A stretch of 64,000 nucleotides of DNA, from positions 205,096,001 to 205,160,000 of the forward strand of contig OZ024742.1 of assembly GCA_964016885.1 (NCBI GenBank), given 5' to 3'. The stretch comes from Eledone cirrhosa. Taxonomy: Eukaryota. The notes below the pieces were generated by a model. It did no database searches. It was not told the DNA's origin and worked only from the letters and a program-made list of their open reading frames with translations. The stretch's first letter is position 1; each line of letters opens with the position of its first letter. Below are positions 50,063 through 62,222 of this stretch, one piece after another. The translations under genes and the position numbers were made by a program.

Positions 50063-50460
50063 ATATCTCTTATATCTGTGTTATATCTGTTATATCAGTG
50101 TTATATCTCTTATATCTGCATTATATCTGTGTTATATCTGTTATATCCGTTATATCTGCATTATATCTGTGTTATATCTGCATTTTATCAGTGCTGTATC
50201 TGTTATACCTGTGCTGTATCTATTACATCAGTGACATATCAATGCTGTATCATTGTTGTGTCAGTGTTATATCAGTGTTTTACCAGTGTTATATCAGTGT
50301 TATATCTGTGTTATATCTGTTTTATATCAGTGTTGTATATGTTCTATCAGTGTTATATCTGTGTTATATTAGTGTTATATCTGTTATATCTGTTATACTT
50401 GTGTTATATCTGTGTTATATTGGTGATATCTGTGTTATATCAGTGTTATATCAGTGTTAC
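50062..50460. repeat. tatctgtgtta-type minisatellite (9-11 nt)
   Basis: The same motif occurs at 47962-48008, 48173-48192 and 48386-48448. Confidence 0.9.
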
Positions 50461-50550
50461 AAAACAATGCTAATTCCTATTCAAATTTTGTTGTTGTTTA
50501 CTTTTGCCATGATTTACAACATTTCCTTAATGTTGTTGTTGTTGTTTCAG

Positions 50551-50691
50551 ACTGCTCTTGCCATTGCCAAAGAACAAGTTAACAATGGTGCCCAAGTCCT
50601 TGATATCAACATGGATGATGGAATGATGGATGGTGAAGAAGAAATGACAAAGTTTGTAAACTTCATTGCATCAGATCCTGACATTGCAAAG
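50551..50691 (+). CDS. MTR: MTR exon 14: [25 protein letters not shown]...ASDPDIAK
   Basis: tttcag/gtttac, 141 nt. Confidence 0.95.
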
Positions 50692-50728
50692 GTTTACTTA
50701 CTTTTATGATATTATTATTGCTGTTGTT

Positions 50729-51090
50729 AGGGCGGTGGATTGGCAGAATCGGTAGAGCGTCGGTCAAAATGCTTTGTGTTATTGAGTTACGACCCTTTAT
50801 ATTCTCAGTTCAAATCCTGCCAAGATTAGTTTTGTATTTCATCATTACAGGGTCGATAAAATATTGCTGTTGTTAGGACGGTTGATTGACAGAATCAGTA
50901 GAGCATCGGAGAACATGCTTTGTGGCATTGAATTATGTTCCTTTACGTTCTGAGTTCAAATCCCACTGAGATTAGCTTTGTCTTTCATCCTTACAGGGTC
51001 GATAAAATAAGGCACCAGTAACGCACTGGGGTCAAATTAATTGTCTTTCCCCTCTCACCAAATTGTTGGCCTTGTGCCTAAATCAGAAAC
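50729..51090 (+). mobile_element. Two older SINE family 1-related copies
   Basis: A/B boxes and gggtcgataaaat. Confidence 0.75.
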
Positions 51091-51499
51091 CTTTATTGCT
51101 GTTGTTGTTGTTATGTATGTATTTCATACCATTGTTGGGTCTGACAACCAGTGTTCTAGTTGTTTGAACAATGTAACAAAACCAGTATATGATATTAACA
51201 TGCAAGTAGCTTGGCATTCTACAGACACGTGTACACTTAACGTAGTTCTCAGGGAGATTCAGCATGACAGCTTCAACTAATTTTTGCCAGCTGAGTGAAT
51301 TGGAGCTATGTGAAATAAAGTGTCTTGCTCAAGGTCATAAGAGACCACAAAGAAGAGAACCCATAATTTCCTGATATTATGCTTAACAGCCTAACCATTA
51401 AGCCACATGCCTTTTCATTTTTATATACACTATGATTAACAACACAACCGACACCATATCCAATCTTACCACCAGCATTACCACCACGACCACAACAAC

Positions 51500-52372
51500 A
51501 ACTATAACATAACACCATTACTACTGTTATTAATATTACAATCTCTATTATTTCTGTTATTACTATCAGACTTATTGTTGTCATGTTGTCATTACTATCA
51601 CACAGTTATTACTGTCTCATTGTCATTACAGTCACTGTCATTATTGTCACACTGTTATTACAGTCACTGTTATTACTGCCACTGTCATTACTGTCACACT
51701 GTTATTACTGTCTCATTGACATTACTATCAGGCTGTTATTACAGTCACTGTTATTACTGTCACATGGTTATTACAGCCACTGTCATTATTATCACACTGT
51801 TATTATGGTCTCATTGTCATTACTATTAGACTGTTATTACAGTCACTATTATTACTGTTAAGTTGTTATCACTGTCACATTGTTATTACTGTCACTGTCA
51901 TTACTATAACACTGTCATTAATATCACACTGTCATTAATATCACACTGTCATTACTATCACATTGTCATTACTGTCCCATTGTTTTTACTGTCACATTGT
52001 CATTACTGTCTCACTGTCATTGCTGTCACATTGTCATAACTGTCATGCTATCATTAATATCACACTGTCATTACTATCACACTGTTATTACTGTCACATT
52101 GTCATTACTATCACATTGTCATTAATATCAGACTGTTATTACTGTCACTATCATTACTGTTATGTTGTCATTAATATCACACAGTTATTACTATCACTGT
52201 TATTACTATCACAGTTATTACTATCACAGTTATTACTATCAACTGTCATATTGTGATTACTGTCACTGTTATTACTGTCACACAGTCATTACAGTCACAT
52301 TGATATTACTGTCATACTGTTATCACTATCACAGTTATTACTGTTATTACAATCACACTGTTATTACTGTTC
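51500..52372. repeat. ctgttattactgtcaca-type minisatellite running up to the exon 15 acceptor
   Basis: About 870 bp of degenerate tandem units. Confidence 0.9.
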
Positions 52373-52385
52373 TGTCCATCTTTAG

Positions 52386-52571
52386 GTGCCTCTCTGCATT
52401 GATTCCTCCAATTTTGCTGTGATTGTGTCAGGTTTGAAGTGTTGCCAGGGCAAGTGTATTGTCAACAGTATCAGTCTGAAGGAAGGCCTCAATGATTTCA
52501 TTGACAAGGCAAAACTTATCCGACGGTATGGTGCCTGTGTCATTGTGATGTGTTTTGATGAGGAGGGTCAG
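52386..52571 (+). CDS. MTR: MTR exon 15: [10 protein letters not shown]...NSISLKEG...MCFDEEGQ
   Basis: ctttag/gtgagg, 186 nt. Confidence 0.96.
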
Positions 52572-52624
52572 GTGAGGTCAATTTTCATCATCGATGACTA
52601 CTACTATTACTACAATTCCCTATT

Positions 52625-52975
52625 TCTCAGTTGAATGTCCATAAACCATGCTAGCATGGGTTAGACGAGCTGTCCCGTTGTGAGATAAGCCATGTCGGAT
52701 GACCGTGTGTTGCTCATACAGAACTGATTTTGCCCTTCTAATGCCAACCACATTTACAGTGTGGACTGGGCACTTTTTATTGTGACACCTACAAGACCAC
52801 TTTACAGTGTGAGCTGGGGACTTTTTGTGGTGACACCTACAAGACCACTTTACAGTGTGGACTGGGTGCTTTTTGTCATGACACCTAAACAACCACTTTA
52901 CAGCATGGGCTGGGGACTTTTTTCATGACACCTACACAACCACTTTACAGTGTGGGCTGGGGACTTTTTGTTGTG
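52625..52975 (-). mobile_element. RTE-2-like 3' UTR with about 5 tandem copies of the 47-nt module (a similar piece at 58545-58800)
   Basis: accactttacagtgtggactggg..tttt..gacacctaca units. Confidence 0.7.
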
Positions 52976-53331
52976 TTGTACATGTCTATTATTATTATTA
53001 GCTCAGGCTTTTTTTATCAGCAGTACGAGACTGAGAATGAAATCAAAAACATGATCACACTAATATATTTAGAGTCAACAGAAAATCAGTGTTGTAAAAA
53101 CCAAAGCATAAGTATATTGAAACAAATTATTGGAGGGGCTTAAGCCCCAAAAGTCCCCTTAGCAACAGAAGGCTTGAATGTTTCCCTAAATGTAAATATT
53201 TTCTATATATTCCAGATGTGTGAATCCAGTTTAGAACAGATACACCATACCCCTGTGTATATTCAGTTTAGAAAAGCTCACTAACCCATGCTAACATGAT
53301 GATTGTGATGTCATTTCTTTCTTTAATGCAG

Positions 53332-53511
53332 GCTACCAATGTTGAGAGAAAAGTGGAAATTTGTAAGCGATCTTATCAAATTCTTACGGAAGAGGTGAAA
53401 TTCTTGCCCCAGAATATAATATTTGATTTGAATATTTTGACAATTGCTACAGGCATATTAGAACATAATGAATATGCTAAAAAATTCATCAATGCTACCA
53501 GTATTGTTAAG
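53332..53511 (+). CDS. MTR: MTR exon 16: ATNVERKVEICKRSY...IIFDLNILTIATG...NATSIVK
   Basis: atgcag/gtttgt, 180 nt. Confidence 0.95.
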
Positions 53512-53770
53512 GTTTGTAACATTTTTAATATATGCTAAATTATGTTAATATATGCTAAAAATTTCCCCAAGATTTAATATTGTTTTAAAAAAATAGATTG
53601 TTGTTATAATAATGTGGCTTTATTGAACTATCAACTTAGTGACTTGTGTTTTTATAATTCTATAATTCTATAATTCTCTTGAAATAATCATCGTATTTCT
53701 ACATGGTATAAAGAATTCATATCTGTTGTTGTTGTTATGTAGCTCCATGTAGGGCTTGACAGCAGATATA

Positions 53771-55033
53771 CAGGGTGCGGACGATATTTGTTCGCAATTT
53801 TCAACTGCTAATTTTATGGAAATTCTTTTTACTTCCGTTGTCACTCGTCTTCATAAAAACAGTGACTATATTTCCATTATTTATTTTCAGAATAATTGAT
53901 TATGAATAATTTTGAACCTCCAAATTTGTGGAAGCGACACAGTTCTTCTTGGAATCCACGCCGGGAGGACAAATAAGGAAATTTCAGTGTGAGCAGGAGA
54001 ATGGTGGAAAAGGTCAGAAAGGAATTGGAATATTCAGGATTCGACTACAAAGCAACATCAGAGAAGAAAACACATGATCGACGATCTGACGCCTTCAGAA
54101 CACCCGAGTTCGTCGCTGAAGTTCAGGATATCATCAACAATGAACCTAGCAAGTCGATGCATGCCATTGCAAGGGAGAAAGGCGTGGTGAATAGCTCATT
54201 AGGCTGGTGGTACATGAAGACATTCGCTACGTTTCATACAAGATGAGGAAAGGACAATTTCTGTCAAAGGCGATGCAAGAAAAACGACTGAAGCATGCAA
54301 AGAAGCTGATCAAGAAGTTGAAACACCCACTGGAGCCAGACATGCTGTGGTTTTTCTCCGATGAGAAAAACTTCTGCCAAGACCAGAAGATCAACTCCCA
54401 GAACAACAGGTGGCTCGCTGTCTCATCCAAAGATGTGCCCAGAGTCATGCAGACAAAGTTTCCAGCGACAACATTGGTCTTAGGTGATGTCATGCCACCT
54501 CACTTCTTCCCTGAAGGCCTCAAGCTGAACACCGATGGCTGCATCCACGTTTTGAGCGAGGTAGTAAAGCCCTGGATCGACCAGGTAGCTGCAGGTAGGC
54601 CGTACATGTGGCAGCAAGACTCAGTGTCCTGCCATACCAGCCGAAAGACCCAAGCCTGGCTGTCAGAGAACTTCGTCGACCACACTTCACCTGACATCTG
54701 GCCTCCCAGCTCACCTGACTGCAACCCCCTCGACTTCTTTGTGTGGGGCGCAGTGGAACGAGACACCAACAGATCTAGCTGCAATACGAAAGACGATCTG
54801 AAGGCCAGGATCACAAGTGCCTTTAAGGGCCTAAATCAGGGGACAGTGATGAAGGCCTGTAGCCAGTTCCGAGGCCGTCATCAAAGCCAATGGCGGGTTT
54901 ATCAAGTGAGATCGAAAGAACAAGTCATGAAGACAAACTGACCCAAGTTTGATAAATAAATCTTAAAAAATAAAACTACTGTGTTATTTTTTCCTAGACA
55001 GTAATCTTGCAAACAAATATTTTTCGCACCCTG
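53771..55033 (+). mobile_element. Tc1/mariner-superfamily transposon, DD37D (maT-type), frameshifted
   Basis: TA-CAGGGTGCG..ATATTTGTT.GCAA TIRs; FSDEKNF, QQD-x37-D (WPPSSPDCNPLD); ORFs 53989-54246 and 54207-54941. Confidence 0.92.
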
Positions 55034-55409
55034 TACATATGATTACAAAGGCATTCCAGTTGTGTAACTGTCATGCATGTACTTGTAGGAGAGAGAAGAT
55101 TGGCTGTTGTGACATTATTCTTCTCTCAAATAATTGTTTATACTTTTGGCACAAGGCCAGTGATTTCCCCAGTGCATTACTGGTGCTTTATTTTATCAAC
55201 CCTGTAAGGCAAAGTTACTGCCAATACAAATAGTAATAATAATAATAATTTCTTTATTGGCCACTAGGGCCAAAACACTAAGGACAATACAAATAAACAG
55301 GGATAGTGAGGATTTACATGAAATGAGTAACAGAAGAAAAACTAACAATAAAGCAATAACAGAATTCCCCAATAGTGGGGAGAACCATCTAGGGATAATT
55401 AAGGAACCT

Positions 55410-55535
55410 CACAGATCTGAGATCACTCCCAAAGCCCTTGTTGATACTCAACAGATCTGAGATCACCTCCAAAACCCTTGTTGATACTCAACAGATCTGA
55501 GATCACCACAAAGCCCTTGTTGATACTCAACAGAC
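55410..55535. repeat. Tandem repeat of about 41 bp, 3 copies
   Basis: acagatctgagatcac..aaagcccttgttgatactca. Confidence 0.9.
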
Positions 55536-56984
55536 AGTAGAAAATCCAGTGATCATGATATTTACTATACAAATCATCAAAATTAACAATAATCATCATC
55601 AGTGTTCTTTTATGTCAGCTTTCTGTACTGGCATTGGTTGAACAGGTTGTCACAGTCTGAGACTGGACAAGTTAAAGAACCATATCTCACTCAAACATTC
55701 AATTTCTGGAATGGTTTCTACAGCTGGAAGAAAATCCAGCTCTTCCTTATGCCAACCACTTTCAGAATGCAATAGATACATTTTAGTGGTATCAGCATTA
55801 AACATAATAAGTATAGTATTTTTTCTAACAAAAGCACATATGCAGCTCATTATTTGAGAGAAGGGTAGTGGATTGGCAGTATCGGTTGAGCATCAGACAC
55901 TATGCTTTGCGGCATAGAGTTATGGGCCTTTATGGTCTTAGTTCAAATCCTGCCGAGGTTAGCTTTGCCTTTCGTCTTTGCAGGGTTGATAAAATAAAGC
56001 ACCAGTAATGCACTGGAGTCGATTTAATCGACTTTCCTCTCCCCCAAAATTTCTGGCCTTATTAAGGTTTGAAGATTAGCACTTTCCTCTTTGGAGAAGC
56101 CCTGATTAACTTCTTCAGATTCTACTTGAGGAGGAAAATCAGGATAGAAAGAGAAGTGCTGCCTTCAAAGCAATTTGTTGAAAGGTGGGTGAGTGAAGCA
56201 AACATGGCCAGAGTGAATGGGCCACTCTAAGTGTGAGCCTGTAGATTGGAGGAGTACAACTGTAGCAAAATCTGTCCATGCCTTGAACCCTGGGTGACAC
56301 AGAAAGGTCAAATTCCAGGTCACCTCCTTTTCGGCGTAAACAAGTTCATGCGTGGGCGATCCCTCGAAGCAGGAAACAGAAAACGACAGGTATAAAAAGC
56401 CTGTTTCATCCCACTTCTAACACAGAGAGATTGGAGCAGTACACGAGAAAATAGCTATGTAAAACATTCACCTATAACTACAGGCCACTGGGGTCTACAG
56501 ACAAACTCAGACCATTACTCTCTCTCTCCTGGTCTCAGACTACGCCAGCATCATGAAGCAACATCAAAAACACCTTCAACCGTTATAACTCTTAATAACC
56601 TGTTCTTTGTTCATTTATGAAGTGAAGTGAAGTAAATCTTTTATATCAAAAGTAAACCAGTTATTCGTGTTATTTCATCTAACGATAAATACTAATACCT
56701 TTCGCTAAACAACTGGGACCCTAAGGATCCTATTGAGGAACCTTCTTTGTTTTAATTTTATTGTTATATTTTTTTTAACATTGTTAAAATTTGTTTACAC
56801 ACAAAAATCATACACCAACACACACACCAACACACACACACACACTAACACACTAACACACACACACTAACACACCAACACAAACACACACACTATATTT
56901 TTATCCTGTACTGTCATAATGTTTTTCTTGATGTAAAAACCTTTGTGGTTAATAAAGAAATCATTATTATTATTATTAATTTGA

Positions 56985-57492
56985 TATCTCAGTCATTGAT
57001 GTTATTTAACCGGAAAAATTGCCCTAATGAACATCAAGCTGCTATCTGCAATCTCAGATATTCAGGATGTATCGAAGGGCCTTTACTGTTCTCAGTAGGC
57101 ATGCTTTTTAAAGTGTTCTAAAATGGGGGCTGGGCTGATGGTCTTTAGCCAACCTTAGAAACTCTTCAAGTTCTCCTATGATGATGGGTATGACCTTGAT
57201 CTCATGACAGTCCCAAATCCTTTTAAGTTCCCACTTTAGATCCTGGTACCAGTTAATTTTCTCCCTCTCCTTTTCTTGCACTCTTGTGTTAAAGGGACAA
57301 GATAGATCTATAATCAAGCAGGATCTTTTTTCCTTGTCAAAAACCACCAGCTAGGGCCTACTATGTTCTAATTCTTTATCTGTTTGTATCCTGAAATCCT
57401 ACAGTACCTTCACCCAATCATTTTCTATCACCAACTCTGGCTTATGCTCATACTACTTCTCAGAGTTGGGTAAATCATTCGGTTAGCGGAAA
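56985..57492 (-). mobile_element. R4/Dong-like non-LTR 3' fragment (RLE)
   Basis: [19 protein letters not shown]...LIIDLSCP...EREKINWYQDLKWELKRIW..VIPIIIG; flanked by (ATT)n. Confidence 0.75.
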
Positions 57493-57565
57493 TTATTATT
57501 ATTATTATCATAATCATCATCATCATCATTATTATTATTATTATTATTTTCTTGATGTTTTGCAG

Positions 57566-57682
57566 AAAACTCTTCCCGGTGTCAAAGTCAGTGGTGGAAT
57601 TTCAAATCTGTCTTTTGCATTTCGTGGTAAAAATCTAATCCGTGAAGCAATGCACAGTGTGTTTTTATACCATGCTATCAAG
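57566..57682 (+). CDS. MTR: MTR exon 17: [39 protein letters not shown]
   Basis: ttgcag/gtagat, 117 nt. Confidence 0.96.
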
Positions 57683-57813
57683 GTAGATATCCTATCATTA
57701 TATCTTTGATATGATTTATAACAAGAATAATATGGATTTATGGATATTAAACTTTTTGATACCACCTAGCTTAAACTGCCCCTCGTTCTAAAATACAAAG
57801 CTTTTTAGTTTAA

Positions 57814-58005
57814 CACTTTAGCATTTAAACTGGCCGTATCTGGCCAGAATTCTCTCACCTTTTGCTGTTCAAACTGGTTGTAACCAGTCGCTCATACTTA
57901 TGTTAAGGTATTGTTCTCAAAATAAATAATATCAAAATCTCATAGATTCGATATTATGTGAGATAATTATAATAGTAAATATAGAGTAATGTAAATGCTA
58001 AAGGG
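57814..58005. mobile_element. piggyBac-like MITE nested in an older TTAA element (about 57748-58191)
   Basis: TTAA flanks; matches 47492-47706. Confidence 0.7.
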
Positions 58006-58858
58006 TTAAAGCTAAAACCGTCCATCATAGTATTATGTAAGAATTTTGGTTAAGTTATACTTCAAGTGCCAGCTTAATAATAAAAAAGTTAGTTATTTCA
58101 CTAAATCCCTCAAAAATTTTTATTATTTTCAAAATGATTTGAAAATAATAGGTAGTATCCTTCAATAGAAAATTGGCAACAGAAGGATTAAAACATGTTT
58201 TTTTTTATATATTTGATTTGAATCCTAACCCATCAAGTGTTCAGTGTAAAACTCTGTTAGGATGAAGGGAAGCTTCTATTGTTAAAAAACAGAAGAATAT
58301 ATGGTCATCATTTTTACGTCCACTGTTCCATGGTGACATTGATTGGATGGGACTTTATGAGGCAGTGTTTTACAACTGAATTCCTTCCTTAACATTAACC
58401 TTTTTAGTTACATTTTGCAACATGCAAGCATACAATGTATCTAATCTAAAAATCCCAGTTACTGTTATATTCATATATTAATAATATGTTGTTACTGTAT
58501 ATCAATGTTATATTGTTACTGTATATCAATACTATGTTGTTAATCATTATCATTGTTTAATGTCTATTTTCCATGCTAACATGGATTAAATGGGTTGTCC
58601 CATTTGAGGATAGTCAGGTCAGGTGACTGTGTCTTGCTCATACAGAACTGTACTTGGCTTGGTGTCTGTTGCTGCATGCCCTTCTTAACACCAACCACAT
58701 TTACAGTGTGTGCTTGGTGCATTTTGTCGTGACACCTACATGACCACTTAACATGTGGGCTGGCTGCTTTTTGTTGTGACACCTAGATAACCACTTTACA
58801 ATGTATATTGTTATGTTGTTACTCTGTATTAATGTTATTACTGCTATCTATTTGATAG

Positions 58859-58999
58859 GCTGGTATGGACCTTGGTATTGTGAATGCTGGTAATCTTCCA
58901 TTGTATTCAGAGATTGACGAAAATCTTCTTAAACTCTGTGAAGACATAATATGGAATAGAATTTCAGATGGCACTGAAAAAATGTTAATGTATGCTGAG
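58859..58999 (+). CDS. MTR: MTR exon 18: AGMDLGIVNAGNLPLY...GTEKMLMYAE
   Basis: tgatag/gtaaga, 141 nt. Confidence 0.95.
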
Positions 59000-59818
59000 G
59001 TAAGATATGAAATACAAATTTTATATTATATATATGTCATCATCACTGTCTGTTTTCCATGCTTGCATGAGTTAGGTGGGTTGTCATATGCTGAAGCTAG
59101 ACTGATCAAGTGACTACATCTTGCTTGTGCATGCCACTTTTGGCATGGTTTCTATGGCTGGATGACCTTCCTAAAGCCAACCACCTTATAGGGTCGACAG
59201 GGTGCCTTTTATCATGGCGTTAGCTCTACCTCATTACAACACTGGAGTCTGTCTATTTTTTATTTGTGTGTGTGTGTGTGTGCGTGTGAGTGTGTATACT
59301 ATTTCTAGATGATCAAAAGCTAAATATAGCAGTTTATTCTTGGCCAGGAACTTCTCACTAGGAAGAGGTCATATATATAACAGAAGAGAACTGTTAAATA
59401 CTCAATATATTGGGAGAGAAGGCACATATTTATTTCATATTTATATATATATATATAAATATAAATTAGCGAGAATCGTATTTCGGCTATTGAAAATTAG
59501 CGAAAAACAACTTCCGAGATGTGTGGCAAGCGCTCCATAGAAGCTAGTGAACTAGAGCAACAACATAAGTTAAAAGGCCAAACACACTGAGACGATGGTT
59601 AAACCATTATCCGCACAGCCATAGAAACGACCAAGTAATTCGGTCAAACAAATAAAATATGATTGAAAATTATACCCGGACCCCTGGAAGGTTGGTAATA
59701 TCCAGTATTGGGTTTCTGCAACTCCTAAATCAAGTACTGTCTGCTTAGACAAATAATGTTAAGCTTTTGGTATGATGATCGAACAAAGAAGTCACTTTTT
59801 CATATATATATATATGTA

Positions 59819-59918
59819 CATGGTGTCCCCAAAAGATGTATACACACTTGATTACCTGTATAGCCAATATTTATTAGAATGCTGTTGAAGTGTGTATACA
59901 TTTTTTGGGGACACCCTG
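59819..59918. mobile_element. Tc1/mariner-type MITE of about 100 bp
   Basis: TA-CA(T/G)GGTGTCCCCAAAA.ATGTATACACACTT inverted ends. Confidence 0.8.
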
Positions 59919-59929
59919 TATATATATAT

Positions 59930-61262
59930 ATGCCCTCTTCTTAATGAGACAACTACAAGAGAAGTTTCTAGCCAAGTATAAGCTGTTATATTTAGCTTTT
60001 GTTGATCTAGAAACACCATTTGACAGAGCACCTCGATCCATTATTTGGTGGTTCTTAAGAAAATTAAGTATAGAATAATGGTTTGTAAGAGCAGTGCTAG
60101 TCATGTACAGAGGAGTTGTCAGTGAAGTGAGAAAAGGAAGTGAGTTTAGTGAGGAATTCAAGGTGCAGGTAGGTGTTCATCAGGGTTTGGTTTTTAGCCC
60201 ACTGCTGTTTATAATAGTTCTCCAGGCCATAACAAAGCAGTTTATGATTGGCTACCAACGGGAACTTCTCTATGTGAATGATCTGGTTCTTATAGCTGAA
60301 TCCATAAAAGAACTAGAGAATAAGTTCCAAATATGGAAACAGAATTTACAGGGCTGAGAGTAAACTTAGAAAAAAAACTAATGTGTTGGTAAGCAGGAAA
60401 GAAGATAGGACCCTGATCCCATCAGGGAAATGGCCCTGCTTGAATTGTAGAAAAGGAATAGGCAGAAACTCTATATGATGTACACAATGAAAATCTTGGG
60501 TAGATAAAAAGTGTAGTGGGATAGCAGGCATACTAACAGGAAAGGAAGTCTTCATATGTACTAGATGCACAGGGGTAATCGATGAGAAGAGCATCAGTGA
60601 TATAAAGCTTTTCCAATCACATGAAGGAACCATAGTGGTTGATAGCTTCTGCTATCTAGGTAACCTAATTAGCAGTGGAAGAGGGTGCTCCGAGATCATA
60701 ATAACTAGAATAAGGATAGGATGGAAGAAGTTTTCAGAGCTACTCCCACTGTTGACAATGAAAGGTTTCTTTCTACATACGAAAATGGAAGGCTGTATGG
60801 TGCCTGTATGTGAAGTGTGATGCTGCATGGTAGTGAAACATGGGTAGTGACTGTAGAGGACTTGAGTAGGGTGGAGAGAAATGAAGCAACTATGCTTCGT
60901 TGGATGTACAATATAAATGTGAGAAAAAGGTAGAGCTTGGATAAACTGAGGGAGAAACTGGGTATAAGAGAAATCAGAAATGGTGTGCAAGAGAGATGAC
61001 TGTATTGGTACAGGCATGTGATGTGCGTGGAGGTTGATCACTGGGTGAAGTGCCAAGAAATTCCAGTGGAAGGAAGCTCCAGTAGAGGTAGACAAAGAAA
61101 GACTTGGGCAGAAGTGGTGAGAGATGATAACAAATCATTAAAACTCACAGAGGAGATGATGAGGGGATGCAACAAGTTGAGAAATACTCTACTGAAAAGG
61201 ACCCATCCAACCCATGCAAGCATGAAAAAATGAATATAAAAATGACAACGATAATGATGATG
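59930..61262 (+). mobile_element. Older degenerate RTE-1-like LINE
   Basis: ALFLMRQLQEKFL, GVHQG, FCYLG, GRQRKTWAE; many stops. Confidence 0.88.
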
Positions 61263-61497
61263 TTGTAGGTTAAATAATGAAAACAAAAAAGACAAGTTTC
61301 ATTGTTTTATTAATCGATTGTTGTATGATTGTCTCATAGGGTGAAATGAACCATGATAATGTTGATATATTGACCAATCTATGGCAGTTATGTAACACCA
61401 TATTATTAGCCTCAACAAGATAAGTCCATCTCACTGTTTATCCTAAAAAAAACAGTTAAAGCAGATGTTAAAGGATGATGCTGATGGTATATATATA

Positions 61498-61780
61498 TCA
61501 TCATCATGATCATCATCATCTTACGTCCACTTTTCCCTGCTTGCAAGGGTGGGACGGGAACTGATTCTGGCTTGATTTCTACAGCTGGATGCCCTTCCTA
61601 ACACCAACCTCATTTACAGTGAGTGGTGGGTGTTTTTTTGCCATGGTACTTCCCCAACCACTTTGCAGTGGAATGATAGGGACCCCAGTCCCTATCATCT
61701 CATTTCTACAGCTGAGTAAACTGGAGCAATGTGAAATAAAGTGCCTTGCTCAAGGCAACAACACATCACCCAGTCTGGGA
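61498..61780 (-). mobile_element. SINE family 2 (head truncated)
   Basis: RTE-1 tail plus family 2 body. Confidence 0.85.
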
Positions 61781-62132
61781 ATGGAAGCATTTGTGTATTG
61801 GGAAGGGAGGGGGGAAATTTGGTCAATTTAGTTGTAGTGATTAGTTTAGCTGTTATTATCAAATATCAGCCATAATATAAAAAACTTTGATATGCGATAA
61901 ACAACATGTACATAAACTGTAGAGTATATACAAATAGATGTGTGTTTTGGTAGTTTGGGGAGAACAATATAATTATTGGGGGTGCCATGTAACATCATCA
62001 CCGTTTTGCGTCCACACTAGCATGGGTTAGACGGGTTGTCCTGTTGTGGGCATTGCCAGGTTGGGTGACCATGTCTTGCTCATATATATATATATATATA
62101 TGTATGTATATCTTTCTCATGTTCATTAACAG

Positions 62133-62222
62133 AAGTTGGGTAATAAGGATAAGAAGAAAGTATCAGAGGAAGAATGGCGAGGTTACCCCCTTGAGGAGCG
62201 GATAATTTATTCCCTTGTGAAG
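62133..62222 (+). CDS. MTR: MTR exon 19: KLGNKDKKKVSEEEWRGYPLEERIIYSLVK
   Basis: taacag/gttagt, 90 nt; EWR..P.EER..Y.LVK marks the cap-domain start. Confidence 0.93.

Larger units (their letters stand above)
11990..62222 (+). other. MTR: Methionine synthase (cobalamin-dependent) gene, partial model: 18 exons (equivalent to human exons 2-19); exon 1 not found, 3' exons beyond window
   Basis: Exons with GT-AG ends and compatible phases join into one open frame (1994 nt). Hallmark motifs: [49 protein letters not shown] and GGCCG (Zn ligands), [55 protein letters not shown]. Confidence 0.97.

Noticed and set aside
50098-50709. 203-aa ORF giving MTR a hydrophobic N-terminal extension
   Set aside because: Stop-poor minisatellite that happens to be in frame with exon 14, which has a good acceptor at 50550.
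51575-52422. Cys/His/Tyr-rich metal-binding ORFs
   Set aside because: Minisatellite translations in several frames.
55410-55535. CRISPR-like array (also considered 20535-20880 and 52746-52975)
   Set aside because: Head-to-tail tandem repeats without unique spacers; eukaryotic context and no cas genes.
56060-56250. L1/Tx1-like C-terminal fragment (LINFFRFYLRRKIRIER...FVERW)
   Set aside because: Too short and diverged to assign without a search.
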